Of a stretch of DNA of 64,000 nt, positions 46,404 through 56,369 are shown one piece after another (position 1 is the first letter of the stretch; each line of letters starts with the position of its first letter). The translations under genes and the position numbers were made by a program. The notes under the pieces are model-generated. The model was not told where the DNA came from and searched no databases. It saw only the letters and a list, made by a program, of their open reading frames with translations. Source of the DNA: Candidatus Dojkabacteria bacterium (GTDB lineage Bacteria; Patescibacteriota; Dojkabacteria; B142; JAFGMG01); the NCBI GenBank assembly GCA_016927655.1, contig JAFGMG010000001.1:115599-179598 (forward strand), given 5' to 3'.

Positions 46404-47204
46404 ATGGCAAAAACAACACAGAAATCTGCACCCCAAGATCAAAATGTGATTGAGCTTGATTTGAAAGTTATCCTTACACCACTAGCAGTCCTGATTTCAG
46501 GACTATTTATTGGAATAGTATTGATTGTAGGGCTTTATGGTATCAATCAGACTTTGAAAAATGGGTCTACTGGTGTGAAAGGAACAGATACGACAGCAGA
46601 TACCGAGACAACTCAAGAAACAGCAGGAGAGCAGACGACTTTGTCTAATGGCGATGCAGTTTCAACAAAAATCTCAGACAATACCCCAATTGCCGGAGAT
46701 ACTGGGGCAAAAGTTGCAATCGTAGAATACTCTGATTTTGCCTGTGGATACTGCAAAAGACATGCAACAGAAACACTTGATCAAATTTTAAGTAATTATG
46801 TTGACCAGGGGAAAGTTGCCTACTACTTTAAAAGTTTCCCAATATTTACACCTCTAAATGCTGCCGGCGGATACTGTGCAGAAAAGCTTGGCGGAGATAG
46901 TGCTTTCTTGAAATATCATCAATCTATGTACTCTCAAGAACAGGTTACCGGGGAAGAGGCCCAAATTCTCAGCGTAGCAAAATCAATTGGACTTGATGAA
47001 GGATCATTTAAAGAATGTCTAAATAGCGATGAGGCAACAGCGCAAGCAACTGCAGATTATGATGAAGCAGTATCACTTGGAATTGGCGGAACACCAGGAT
47101 TTATAGTCGGGAAATTAAATGACGATGGCACAGTTGAAGGTGAATTCGTTTCTGGAGCTCAAGCATACAGCTATTTTGAAGAAGTTATTGCCAAATATCT
47201 TTAA
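46404..47204 (+). CDS. DsbA-family thiol:disulfide oxidoreductase, membrane anchored
   Basis: N-terminal TM helix. Thioredoxin-fold CxxC active site SDFACGYCKRH. Thr/Glu-rich linker. Confidence 0.75.
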   Translation: MAKTTQKSAPQDQNVIELDLKVILTPLAVLISGLFIGIVLIVGLYGINQTLKNGSTGVKGTDTTADTETTQETAGEQTTLSNGDAVSTKISDNTPIAGDTGAKVAIVEYSDFACGYCKRHATETLDQILSNYVDQGKVAYYFKSFPIFTPLNAAGGYCAEKLGGDSAFLKYHQSMYSQEQVTGEEAQILSVAKSIGLDEGSFKECLNSDEATAQATADYDEAVSLGIGGTPGFIVGKLNDDGTVEGEFVSGAQAYSYFEEVIAKYL

Positions 47205-47209
47205 AATTT

Positions 47210-47959
47210 ATGGATTATTCGAGATTTTTTATACCAAAAGAGAAGATCTTTAATGGTAAATTTTCACTTGAAAATCCAGCTGATGTAAGAAAGATCCGTC
47301 AGGTCTTGCGTCTTAAAAGGAAGGACAAAATCATTCTGCTGGATAATTCCGATCAAGAGTACCTGGCAGAAATTGAAAAACCAACAAAACTTTCCATCAA
47401 AGGCATCATTCTTGAATCCCGACCACTCCTGCAAAAAGCCGGAGAAAAATTACAGATAACTCTGGCACAAGGGCTTCCTAAAGCCTCTAAAATGGATGAT
47501 GTGATAAGGATGAATACAGAACTTGGAATTTCAGGTTTTATACCATTTGAGAGTAAATATTCTGTTTTAAAATTGGACAACTTCAATCCCAAAAAGCTTA
47601 CCAGATGGGAAAAAATTGCAAAATCGGCAAGTGAACAAAGCGAGAGAAAAGAAATCCCCGAGATAACCGGACCTATGAATTTTGGACCATTACTTGAACA
47701 GGAAGCAGATATTAAATTGCTTTTACATTCAAGACAGCTCCCAGGCTCTAAAAACATTTCAGAGATTACTTCATTATTAGAAAATAATTCACACCCCACT
47801 CATGTTTTAGTTGCCATTGGGCCTGAGGGAGGTTTTTCCGATGAAGAAATCAGCCAGGCAAAAGAAGTCGGATGGCAATTGATTTGGCTAAATCTGCCGA
47901 TTTTGCGAACTGAGACTGCCGGTGTTATTGTTTGCAGTTATTTGATTCTTAACAGCTGA
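47210..47959 (+). CDS. rsmE: 16S rRNA (uracil1498-N3)-methyltransferase RsmE
   Basis: RFFIPKE... N-terminal PUA-like domain, RWEKIAKSASEQSER, and C-terminal SPOUT knot IGPEGGFSDEE. Confidence 0.8.
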   Translation: MDYSRFFIPKEKIFNGKFSLENPADVRKIRQVLRLKRKDKIILLDNSDQEYLAEIEKPTKLSIKGIILESRPLLQKAGEKLQITLAQGLPKASKMDDVIRMNTELGISGFIPFESKYSVLKLDNFNPKKLTRWEKIAKSASEQSERKEIPEITGPMNFGPLLEQEADIKLLLHSRQLPGSKNISEITSLLENNSHPTHVLVAIGPEGGFSDEEISQAKEVGWQLIWLNLPILRTETAGVIVCSYLILNS

Positions 47960-47999
47960 CACTGCTATACTTACGTAAATTATATTTTAACAATTCTTC

Positions 48000-48425
48000 A
48001 TGAAAGCAATAGTAATTTTTGGAAGTACCACAGGGAATACCGAGGAAGTCGCCAATTATGTTACAAACGGGCTTAAAGATGCCGGGCATGAAGTTACTCT
48101 AAAAAATGTACTGGATGCTAATCCGGAAGATCTGATGGGATATGATTTGATCGCTCTTGGATCAAGCACCTGGAATGACGGAGAACTGCAAGATGATTTC
48201 ATCCCATTTTACGAAAATATGACTGGAATTGATTTAAAAGGGAAAAAAGCTATTATTTTTGGCTGCGGAGAGTCAATATATGATCATTTCTGTACAGCGG
48301 TAGACACCCTGGAAAAGAAATTACAAGAACTTGGCGCAGAGATTGTAGCCAAATCATACAAAATTGACGGAGACATAGCAGACGATCTGCCAAAGGTCAA
48401 AGAATGGGCTTCTGTAGTTAAATAA
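48000..48425 (+). CDS. Flavodoxin (short-chain)
   Basis: MKAIVIFGSTTGNTEEVA FMN phosphate-binding loop (T/SxTGxT). 141 aa. Confidence 0.9.
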   Translation: MKAIVIFGSTTGNTEEVANYVTNGLKDAGHEVTLKNVLDANPEDLMGYDLIALGSSTWNDGELQDDFIPFYENMTGIDLKGKKAIIFGCGESIYDHFCTAVDTLEKKLQELGAEIVAKSYKIDGDIADDLPKVKEWASVVK

Positions 48426-48429
48426 TCGC

Positions 48430-49536
48430 CTATTTTTTCTTTCCCATAGACATGACTGCAAGGCCAACAACTCCGCCTACAAGCATGACACTGCATAGTA
48501 TCACTAGCCACCAGTAAGTCACGAGCAAAGTGATAAGTGCTACTATTATTGCAGAAACGACGCCAAAAACAATTGTCGTTACACATCCGATGATTTTATT
48601 CAACCCTGGTACAAGCTTTGTAAGTACTAGAACTGGCGCAACCAGCGCGCTGAAGCCTAGAGTCAGAAGCAGCCATGCGACGAATCTCAAACCCCATCTC
48701 ATAGCACTTTCTTCTCCTTGAAGCTTTGAGACTAATTCCGTATCGGATAAATTTGAAATCATAAATACATCTCCCCCGTCGATTTTCTTGTTGTGAATAT
48801 TACCAATTACTATCAAATCATCACTTGCTGGCACATAACTGACGATCATTTTTGTATCACCTACTTGTGCTGAAGGATTTTCGTAGATCTGCGGCGCACC
48901 AGCTCCTGGAATTACTACATCGGTAATAATTTCAGTCTGCATATCGAAACGCTTCCCAATATCAGTTGTATCAAGCGCAATGTCTCCCAGACTGAATTCT
49001 CCAAAGGTTTGTGTAGTTTCCTTTGTAACCCATTCTTCATATATATCAGTTTTTTCTGAAGTCTGTTCGATCTGATCGCCATTTTCATCAGTTACAGTTT
49101 CGGTACTCTCTGAAGTCTGCTTGACTTGCTCATACATCTGATATTCAACTTCCAGATAAAGCGCTTCTTTATCGAAAATGTATGGAGTTTGCACACCATA
49201 AGCATCTTTAACAATATATTCCAGGCTGGCCTGTGAAGATAAAACTGCACTTCCTTCAACTTTTACCAGTTCGTCTTTATCCCCTGCCTCCTCAATGCTG
49301 AGCAAGTCAAGTTTTTCGATAGTTTTCGAATCATCTGAAACAGCTACAACACCGGCAATAATTATCCCGAATCCGATAACCAGCATCACACAGCCTCCAA
49401 CCATGCCGGTTATGCTTTTTGATAAATCTCCAAAGAACCCGCCGATTTTGCCAAGTGGTCCCGCCTTTCTCACGACTTTTGAAGAAACAATCCTTTCTGA
49501 ACTTGCACGCAGATCGTGGCCAGCCATATTTTTCAA
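48430..49536 (-). CDS. Membrane protein, TMEM43/DUF1625-like topology
   Basis: One N-terminal TM, about 230-aa extracytoplasmic Glu/Thr-rich domain, three C-terminal TM helices. No family motif recognised with certainty. Confidence 0.3.
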   Translation of the reverse strand: MKNMAGHDLRASSERIVSSKVVRKAGPLGKIGGFFGDLSKSITGMVGGCVMLVIGFGIIIAGVVAVSDDSKTIEKLDLLSIEEAGDKDELVKVEGSAVLSSQASLEYIVKDAYGVQTPYIFDKEALYLEVEYQMYEQVKQTSESTETVTDENGDQIEQTSEKTDIYEEWVTKETTQTFGEFSLGDIALDTTDIGKRFDMQTEIITDVVIPGAGAPQIYENPSAQVGDTKMIVSYVPASDDLIVIGNIHNKKIDGGDVFMISNLSDTELVSKLQGEESAMRWGLRFVAWLLLTLGFSALVAPVLVLTKLVPGLNKIIGCVTTIVFGVVSAIIVALITLLVTYWWLVILCSVMLVGGVVGLAVMSMGKKK

Positions 49537-49548
49537 TTAAAAAATAAA

Positions 49549-50034
49549 TTAAGAATCAAGATACTTATTTAGAATATATTGCTTAAGTTTAAAGTATCCC
49601 TTTTCCCTTATTCCTATTATTTCATAATTAAGCTTTTGATAAAAGCTTTTCATATTTTCGAAGCAATATAGCTCAACCACGTGACCATTTTTTGAAATAA
49701 CAAAATCCTCATAGTAGGCAACAAGCTTGCTTCCAATTCCCTTATTCTGCAGTTCTTTCACAACTTTTAGCCAGCTGATAAACCCAAGCCCGGCGTATGT
49801 CGAATTACCCCAGATAAAGCCTGCTAACTTTTCACCAGCAAAAGCACCAAATATTGCGATCTTTGGGAAAAGTAGATTTGACTGAATGTTCTGACGGGTG
49901 TAATCATGCGAGAGGAAAAAGTCACTTTTAGAGGCAATCTCTGGAATATCGACCTTGAGCATTTCTTCGAAAATCGGATAAAATTCATCCAGATCCTGCG
50001 CTCCGAGCCTTCGAATTACTATTTCCTGCTCCAC
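49549..50034 (-). CDS. GNAT family N-acetyltransferase
   Basis: Acetyl-CoA binding motif A-like LQNKGIGSKLVAYYEDF (Q/RxxGxG/A). Confidence 0.7.
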   Translation of the reverse strand: MEQEIVIRRLGAQDLDEFYPIFEEMLKVDIPEIASKSDFFLSHDYTRQNIQSNLLFPKIAIFGAFAGEKLAGFIWGNSTYAGLGFISWLKVVKELQNKGIGSKLVAYYEDFVISKNGHVVELYCFENMKSFYQKLNYEIIGIREKGYFKLKQYILNKYLDS

Positions 50035-50918
50035 TTAAGGTCTTTAATAACTGGGATTTTTCTTATAGAGAAATAGAAAATGTCTATCAAGTCAGCGAAC
50101 ATAAACGTTTCGACCAGAGTATTTAGCCCAAGAAAACTTAGAAGTAAAATTACTGCAGCTGATATATCATTTGAAACTAAAACCAGCGGCATAAAAATTA
50201 TTATTGAAAACAATCCGACAATTACAAAATTCCTGTCATATTTTAAGATAAATTCTCGTATAAATTTCGGGAAGTCATCCTGAGAATGCGCTTTTGCGGC
50301 CAAGTTGATCTTGAAAAGCAGCAGCATATCTACAAGCAGCCTGCCCACACTCAAAGTCAAAAACAGACTGATAATCTCATTGGTAAGAGGGAACAATCTA
50401 GACAAATTAAACAGTATTGAAACAAAAACCAAAATTTCAATAACATTTTGCACAAGGAAAGCAAAAAGCAAAGCATATCTATTTCTGCTTTTTTCGATGT
50501 TATTTAATAATATATACTGAAAAATAAGATACATCGGTAAAGCAAATCCCACAAAATATTTAATCCCGGTATAATTTTTTGCCACCAGATTATTTTCTTT
50601 TATTTGAGTATTTACAAATCCCTCAAGCTCCGAATATCTGTTCGTAATTGACTCATTATCTGTATCCAGATCAACAAAATCCACTATCACCTGGGAACTG
50701 TTTATTTTTTCGATTCTGTCATAACCACCGATATTCTTTGTCAAATCCACTACCTGATCCAGATCAACATCAGTGGAAAAATTAAGTTCGACCCTTTTCG
50801 TTCCGGCAAAATCGCTTGAAAGGGTCGGTTTGATCAAAACAATTACTGCTATGGAAACTGCCAATGCAGCAAAAAGCACAAAGTATTTTATAATTTCTAT
50901 TTTCTTTCCTTTTTCCAT
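50019..50918 (-). CDS. secF: Probable protein-export membrane protein SecF (divergent)
   Basis: N-terminal TM, periplasmic domain, then a 5-helix bundle with the SVGRLLVDMLLLF segment (cf. SecF siGmsVDanVvif). Start overlaps the upstream SecD-like gene. Weak similarity; an FtsX-like permease is not excluded. Confidence 0.4.
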   Translation of the reverse strand: MEKGKKIEIIKYFVLFAALAVSIAVIVLIKPTLSSDFAGTKRVELNFSTDVDLDQVVDLTKNIGGYDRIEKINSSQVIVDFVDLDTDNESITNRYSELEGFVNTQIKENNLVAKNYTGIKYFVGFALPMYLIFQYILLNNIEKSRNRYALLFAFLVQNVIEILVFVSILFNLSRLFPLTNEIISLFLTLSVGRLLVDMLLLFKINLAAKAHSQDDFPKFIREFILKYDRNFVIVGLFSIIIFMPLVLVSNDISAAVILLLSFLGLNTLVETFMFADLIDIFYFSIRKIPVIKDLKWSRK

Positions 50919-52342
50919 GAAGTATTCTGCATAAAAATAAACTGTAACAGGAAAATCTCAGTAAAGACATATAATTGCAGCATCGAAACAAATATTAGTA
51001 CTCCAAATGCTCCGGCGAACTGATCCACTACAAAAAGATTTATAACCGATGCAAAGAAAACAACAACAAGTGCTAAAAAGTGTGCGTTTCTGTAATATTC
51101 CCGGACCTCCTGAATCTTCTCCATAAGAACTTTCATTTTACCGCTGGTATCAAGCCTTCTTATAAATATAAGGTTTAGCAGCAATATAAATAAGACCCCA
51201 AGAAGAATTCCTGAGACCAGTGAGAGTGAAAGCTTGGTCCCAAAAAGTTTCATCAAAGCAATTCCCCAGATCAAGTTGACCAGCAAATATAACACTTGAT
51301 AAATACCAAGCCAGTTGTATCTGTAAATCAAAATTATCGAAAGGAACCCAAACATTAAAATAAGCGCAAGTTTAATATTATTCATATAGTCAGTTCCAAG
51401 TATAGGCTCAACTTCTTCTACCGCCTGGAGATTAAACTGGCTGTCCAGTTCTCCGGTTCGGAAAACTGCTCCTACTGCATCATTAATTGCAAAATTGTCT
51501 CCTACAAGGGAAGACATATACATAACCGGCTTGGAATCTTCTTTATCAGTATTTTCAAGCTGATATGAGCGCGTTGCTATCGGCTGACCGTCAATTACAA
51601 GCATTGTTCCTCTATAAGTCTCTGTCTGGGTCGCAATTAGTATTGGTAGCAATGCATCTGATGAGAATGTCATCTTGAACCCATATCCCCCGGCTTTTTG
51701 GCTGTAAAGAGACGACAGATCGACAATTTGATCTTTATTCAACTCAACTGCGATCATTCCAGTGAAAAAGCTAAACGAATCTTCTTCGGTTGCTGTTTCC
51801 GGATCATAGGCAGGGTCCTGGCTCCAAAGCTCTATCACACCCTGGCTTGCTAGCAGCTGCAATATCTGTTCATCATCTTCAAGATTTTTTGAGATGGTCA
51901 GTTCCAGCTGGAGAATGCTTTCATTTTCTAGAGACCATCTCAGTTCAAAGTCCTGATAGCCATAGTGCTCTAGCCTCGCGCCGAATTTCTCTGCGTTTGA
52001 TTTAGCTTTTGCCTGATAATCTATTTGAATGGCCGGCTCTTCCTCATTATTTTGAGAATCTGCTGCAGCACCTTCGATATCTGCCTCAGGACTTGCCTCA
52101 GGGAGAACTTCGCCAATTGATAAATCTGCGGAAAATATGTACTTCTTCCCGCCATGAAGTTCTAGTGAATCTCCGAATTGCAATTCTCCTTTGTATTTAT
52201 CATTGGTGATTGTGGCAAGATTTAGACCGTTCCAATCGATTGTCTGGCCCAGAAGTTTGATATTTGAAGCCGGCCAGGCAAATACTGCGATGATTGCTGT
52301 CAAAATTATAAATAGTATTGCCAATGTGTTTCGTATTCGCAT
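50897..52342 (-). CDS. secD: Probable protein-export membrane protein SecD (divergent)
   Basis: N-terminal TM, about 300-aa periplasmic domain, six C-terminal TM helices with LSLSLVSGILLGV...NLIFIRRL (cf. SecD lTLpGIAGiiLtiG...NVLIfERirEe). Gene order secD-secF. Confidence 0.45.
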   Translation of the reverse strand: MRIRNTLAILFIILTAIIAVFAWPASNIKLLGQTIDWNGLNLATITNDKYKGELQFGDSLELHGGKKYIFSADLSIGEVLPEASPEADIEGAAADSQNNEEEPAIQIDYQAKAKSNAEKFGARLEHYGYQDFELRWSLENESILQLELTISKNLEDDEQILQLLASQGVIELWSQDPAYDPETATEEDSFSFFTGMIAVELNKDQIVDLSSLYSQKAGGYGFKMTFSSDALLPILIATQTETYRGTMLVIDGQPIATRSYQLENTDKEDSKPVMYMSSLVGDNFAINDAVGAVFRTGELDSQFNLQAVEEVEPILGTDYMNNIKLALILMFGFLSIILIYRYNWLGIYQVLYLLVNLIWGIALMKLFGTKLSLSLVSGILLGVLFILLLNLIFIRRLDTSGKMKVLMEKIQEVREYYRNAHFLALVVVFFASVINLFVVDQFAGAFGVLIFVSMLQLYVFTEIFLLQFIFMQNTSWKKERK

Positions 52343-52380
52343 AAATGGATTTTAGCAGAAAGTGTGCAGGGGTGGAATGC

Positions 52381-52409
52381 TTGACAGGGTTTTTTGTATA
52401 TATTAGAAT
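52381..52409 (+). promoter_or_regulatory. Sigma70-type promoter (TTGACA-17-TAGAAT)
   Basis: ttgaca at 52381-52386, 17-nt spacer, tagaat at 52404-52409. Lies in the 255-bp gap between divergent genes. Confidence 0.5.
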
Positions 52410-52573
52410 GCGGTCACGCATATGAGGCGGATATATAGATTATATAAAGGATAATATGCAAAGCAATTTATTTATGCGCAATCTCTTTATTGTGATTATC
52501 AGGGCAGGACTCTGGGATATCGCAAGCATGGAGGCATAAATAAATTAGAAAAAAATCTAAATTATTAAATCAG

Positions 52574-52599
52574 ACCTCCAGAAACGGAGGTTTTTTATT
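52574..52599 (+). terminator. Intrinsic terminator-like hairpin + U-tract at end of an about 190-nt leader, immediately before ORF 52598
   Basis: acctcc-agaaac-ggaggt followed by tttttatt. It is oriented for the + strand only, since the T-run is 3' of the hairpin on +. Confidence 0.5.
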
Positions 52600-52960
52600 G
52601 TGGATGAAAAGCCGGATCAATCCAAATTATAGAGAATGTGAATATTGTGCCAGTCCTATGGCCCTTGTCGGAGATCAAGATCATCACGGGGTTACTGACA
52701 CATACGAATGCCATTGCAACCAATGCCGATATGCAATCGATGTAGCAACATGGGAGCCCTGGGTGCTCCCGACAGAAGAGAAACTGAAAGAAATGAATGT
52801 TTTTGATAGTGTTGTTGAGAAAGGACTGCCTTACACGCTTGGCAGCAATCCTGAATTTTATAATCGTGCAAAAAACACCCATCGCGGACTGCCGCCAGTA
52901 AAGCAAGAACCACTAGAGAAAATAACTGAATCTCATAACCCAGAACATCTTGCAATATAA
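52598..52960 (+). CDS. Hypothetical Cys-rich (zinc-ribbon-like) small protein
   Basis: CEYC...(25)...CHCNQC tetracysteine. Listed start is TTG; the ATG at 52604 is more plausible. No family recognised. Confidence 0.35.
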   Translation: MWMKSRINPNYRECEYCASPMALVGDQDHHGVTDTYECHCNQCRYAIDVATWEPWVLPTEEKLKEMNVFDSVVEKGLPYTLGSNPEFYNRAKNTHRGLPPVKQEPLEKITESHNPEHLAI

Positions 52961-52984
52961 ATTATTTATTGAAAATTTTCGATT

Positions 52985-53401
52985 ATGACAATATATGTTG
53001 TAGAAAACACAGAAGAACGCAGAGCCTTAGCTGAGGCTTGTCCAATAAATAAAGAACCTGAATATCGTCCAACCGTCTATCCATGCATTCCCCTAAGCAA
53101 ATATACCGGGATGCTTGGACTTATCAGGGGATCAAGCAATATGGAAAGCCCGAAACAAGCAAGAAAACTAGGGAAGTCAGAAGCTTTAAGAATTTGCGGG
53201 GAATGCCCATTTAATATAGAAAACCCTGATGCAACGCCAGTTAAAGTAATTTCTGGATATGGCGTCCGCTGTCAAGGTCCTCAAGTTACTACTACTCAAG
53301 CAATGACTCCAAATGGGATGAAAATACTTCCCTTTATAATTCCACAGCCGACAGAATTAGAGGAAATACCTGATGAAGAAATTTTCGCCCCGGAGCCTTA
53401 G
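52985..53401 (+). CDS. Hypothetical small protein (Cys-containing)
   Basis: ORF with RICGECP Cys pair. GC content slightly above neighbours. No family recognised. Confidence 0.35.
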   Translation: MTIYVVENTEERRALAEACPINKEPEYRPTVYPCIPLSKYTGMLGLIRGSSNMESPKQARKLGKSEALRICGECPFNIENPDATPVKVISGYGVRCQGPQVTTTQAMTPNGMKILPFIIPQPTELEEIPDEEIFAPEP

Positions 53402-53467
53402 ACAAAATTGTATTTTTGACATTATAAGAATCTAATATATAATTACTGCGGGGTAAATATTTCAACA

Positions 53468-53707
53468 ATGAACGAACAAGATCCAGGAATTCAAAAACAA
53501 TTAGAAGCTGATGGCTTATTAGTCCAAAGACCGGATGGAAGTAGAGGGCTGGATCTGCTAGCTGCACAAGATTGTGCGGAATTACTCCTAAGACAAAATG
53601 AATATACTACTTCCGAGGCTCCTGCAGCAGAACTGTATGCGCGTGCACTTCCAGGTGAAAGACCGAAAGACCTAAAATTTGAGGAATCAACCTTTAGAGA
53701 GCCCTAG
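53468..53707 (+). CDS. Hypothetical small acidic protein
   Basis: ORF only. Ends 2 nt before the convergent DUF2207 gene. Confidence 0.3.
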   Translation: MNEQDPGIQKQLEADGLLVQRPDGSRGLDLLAAQDCAELLLRQNEYTTSEAPAAELYARALPGERPKDLKFEESTFREP

Positions 53708-53708
53708 A

Positions 53709-55724
53709 CTATCTAGCCCCGATACTCCCGCCACCACCACCGCCGCCTGAGAAACCACCACTAAACCCTCCTCCGCCAGACCAGCCGCCGCCGGAACTGC
53801 TGCCTGAACTATTTGGCATAGAGCTCATTGTGCTTGCTGAAACCCGGTTCATGTTCGAGAGAGAATTTGCAAGAAGGATTGAATTGAAAGTTCCGCTATC
53901 AGACTCGTACCAATCAGGCTTCCCATCATAAATCCCCTTAAATGCTTTTGCCCAGCTGTCCTCCACACCAAATACAATTGCATAGCTCAAGTATTTCTCG
54001 AAATTCTCCGAAGTCAAGTATTTCAAATATTTCGTACCTTCTTTTGCCAATCTGTAGCGCTCCGCCGTATGCAAAAACATCCTGAAGCCTTTTGCCTTTT
54101 CAAAGATTATCGTTCCTCTGGCAGTCTTGCTAGGCATAAAAGGCCCGACAACAAAGAATGATATCCCGGCTACAACCAGAATCATTGGCGGAATGACAGG
54201 CGGCACAACCCCCAGCATAAATAGAATCGGACCAAGGAATGCCGCCGCGAGCACAGTTAGAACAATGCCAATCACAAAGGAAAATATCCCGAGACCAATA
54301 TAAGAAAGACGCACAGTATTTGGATTATGATCAAAATACCCAAGTGTAACCATTTCCTGATAAATTGCCCGCTTGATATTTGGCAATTTCATATAGAATT
54401 TATTTTTCAATTCGTCAGTTGTAACAGTATCATCACTCTCAAAGATGTCTCCCAAAATCATCTGCTCGACATTTCCAAGATCAATAAAATTCTTCAGTTT
54501 TATAAACTCATATTTCTTCTTGGAAATTTCTCTGATTTTGACATATCCCCTATAAGCAGCATCTATCAAAGTAGAAGTTATATCGACCATATCAACCTTT
54601 TCGTCTTTTACTGAGCCTAATAAATACGGCCTTATATCCTCAGGCGGCTTGAACCACGGCACAATAGTTCCCCTGCCCCCGATATCTCTTCCTTTATTTC
54701 TCCAGCGCAAAAACACAAGAAATACTGTAAAAGGAATGAAAACGCAGGAAAGAAGGTTTAGACAGATCATACTATAAGACAAAGTCTTGGCCCATGAAGT
54801 TTGATCCAATTTGATTGACAGATCCTGTATTTTGCCTGGTGTAATCGGAACCTCTAAACTTTCAGATTCAAATCCAAGTTTGGAAAATTTAATTTCATAA
54901 TCACCCTCAGGCAGTCCTGCGATCACATCGCCGCTAGACATTTCCCTTTCAACCCCAAGATAAGAAACTGTTTGCAAAGAAGGGTCTAAAGTTAGATTGA
55001 TCTTGCCAGGCTCATCAACAGAGTCATAAGGCAGTTTCAGAAGAACAGTAAAATCCTCATAAACAGCCATGTTTTCAACAGAAAGCACTAGATTGTCAGG
55101 ATTGATCTCATAATTATAATTTCCGACGAAACCCACAACATCAAAATCGTCTTCCACAATAGCAATATCATCCGGGAAATTTATCGTTACTTCAGCTTTT
55201 TTGAAGTCTTTTGTTCTCTGCTCAGGAAGCGTATTCCAATAGAAAAGCACATAATCCTCGTCTTCAAAAAAGCCCAGTCCGCCAAATACGGTATAACTGA
55301 TCTCCCAGGTTACTTCATCACCATTAAATGTCTTCGGACCAAAAGCGTATTCGATATTTTGAGTCCTTTCAGAATATCCTGTCGTAATAAATAGATCCAG
55401 ATCACTCACAGGAACTTCAACGCCATTATATTTAGAGCCGGTGATTTGAAGTGTATCAAATCCGCCGCATTGCAAAGAAGGATCACTTTGGCAAAGCCTT
55501 ACATTTTCGTAGTCCTCAAGTGTAATCCCACGCTCAAGCACTGAGAATTCCCCAGTAAATCTATAAGTCACTTTTTCTGTGATATCCATTGTGGAATCTT
55601 GATTTACATCAATTTCCACTTCGAAATTTTCGAAAGAGTAGTCTTTGGCCTGAGCAGAAGATTTATCCAAAGCAGACCAACCAAACCCTAGAAGCAGTAT
55701 TGCAGCAAACAGAAATCTTTTCAT
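53709..55724 (-). CDS. DUF2207-family membrane protein with Gly-rich C-terminal tail
   Basis: Signal peptide, about 300-aa extracellular beta-rich domain, TM segments flanking a cytoplasmic domain. C-terminal GGGWSGGGGFSGGFSGGGGGGGS tail typical of DUF2207. Sits immediately downstream of a LemA gene. Confidence 0.7.
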   Translation of the reverse strand: MKRFLFAAILLLGFGWSALDKSSAQAKDYSFENFEVEIDVNQDSTMDITEKVTYRFTGEFSVLERGITLEDYENVRLCQSDPSLQCGGFDTLQITGSKYNGVEVPVSDLDLFITTGYSERTQNIEYAFGPKTFNGDEVTWEISYTVFGGLGFFEDEDYVLFYWNTLPEQRTKDFKKAEVTINFPDDIAIVEDDFDVVGFVGNYNYEINPDNLVLSVENMAVYEDFTVLLKLPYDSVDEPGKINLTLDPSLQTVSYLGVEREMSSGDVIAGLPEGDYEIKFSKLGFESESLEVPITPGKIQDLSIKLDQTSWAKTLSYSMICLNLLSCVFIPFTVFLVFLRWRNKGRDIGGRGTIVPWFKPPEDIRPYLLGSVKDEKVDMVDITSTLIDAAYRGYVKIREISKKKYEFIKLKNFIDLGNVEQMILGDIFESDDTVTTDELKNKFYMKLPNIKRAIYQEMVTLGYFDHNPNTVRLSYIGLGIFSFVIGIVLTVLAAAFLGPILFMLGVVPPVIPPMILVVAGISFFVVGPFMPSKTARGTIIFEKAKGFRMFLHTAERYRLAKEGTKYLKYLTSENFEKYLSYAIVFGVEDSWAKAFKGIYDGKPDWYESDSGTFNSILLANSLSNMNRVSASTMSSMPNSSGSSSGGGWSGGGGFSGGFSGGGGGGGSIGAR

Positions 55725-55741
55725 CGATAGTTCTATACTAA

Positions 55742-56323
55742 TTATTTCTCCTCTTCGTCAGTGAAGCTCACTTTTACATTCTTTCTCTCTTCTTCACTGG
55801 ATTCAAAGAACTTCTTAGAATTAAACCCAAGCATTCCAGCGACCATATTTGCAGGAAAAACCTGAATTTTCATATTGTAATCCCGGACAGCTCCATTGTA
55901 GTATCTTCTAGCACTTTCAATCTCAGTTTCAATTTCTTTCAAAGTATTTTGCAGATTCAAGAAGTTCTGATCTGCTTTCAATTCCGGATAGCTTTCTGCT
56001 ACAGCGAAAAGGGTCTTAAGTGTCGATCTCATTTCACCTTCTATTTTCCCCAATTCTTCAGGATCATTCGTTCCCATTGCCCGTGTCCGGAGTTCTGCAA
56101 CTTTCTCAAAAGTTCCTTTTTCGTGCTTTGCATAACCTTTGACAGTTTCAACAAGATTTGGAATCAAGTCGTACCTTTTTTTGAGCTGTACATCAATGCC
56201 GCTCCATGCTTCCTCAACTAGAACTCTAAGCCGGACAAGCCCGTTATACAGCATAAAAATATATCCAAGAACCCCAAGCACCAAAACTCCTACGACAGCC
56301 AAGCAAACAAGAAGAATTTCCAT
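55742..56323 (-). CDS. lemA: LemA family protein
   Basis: N-terminal TM, then LYNGLVRLRVLVEEAWSGIDVQLKKRYDLIPNLVETVKGYAKHE, a near-consensus LemA. Confidence 0.9.
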   Translation of the reverse strand: MEILLVCLAVVGVLVLGVLGYIFMLYNGLVRLRVLVEEAWSGIDVQLKKRYDLIPNLVETVKGYAKHEKGTFEKVAELRTRAMGTNDPEELGKIEGEMRSTLKTLFAVAESYPELKADQNFLNLQNTLKEIETEIESARRYYNGAVRDYNMKIQVFPANMVAGMLGFNSKKFFESSEEERKNVKVSFTDEEEK

Positions 56324-56369
56324 AAAAATTTATTTAATAACTAATATTTACAGTATAGCCAAGAAATGG

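Noticed and set aside
53740-53830. GC-rich nucleotide repeats (ccgcc/ccacc units)
   Set aside because: They encode the poly-Gly C-terminal tail of the DUF2207 protein on the minus strand and are not an independent repeat element.
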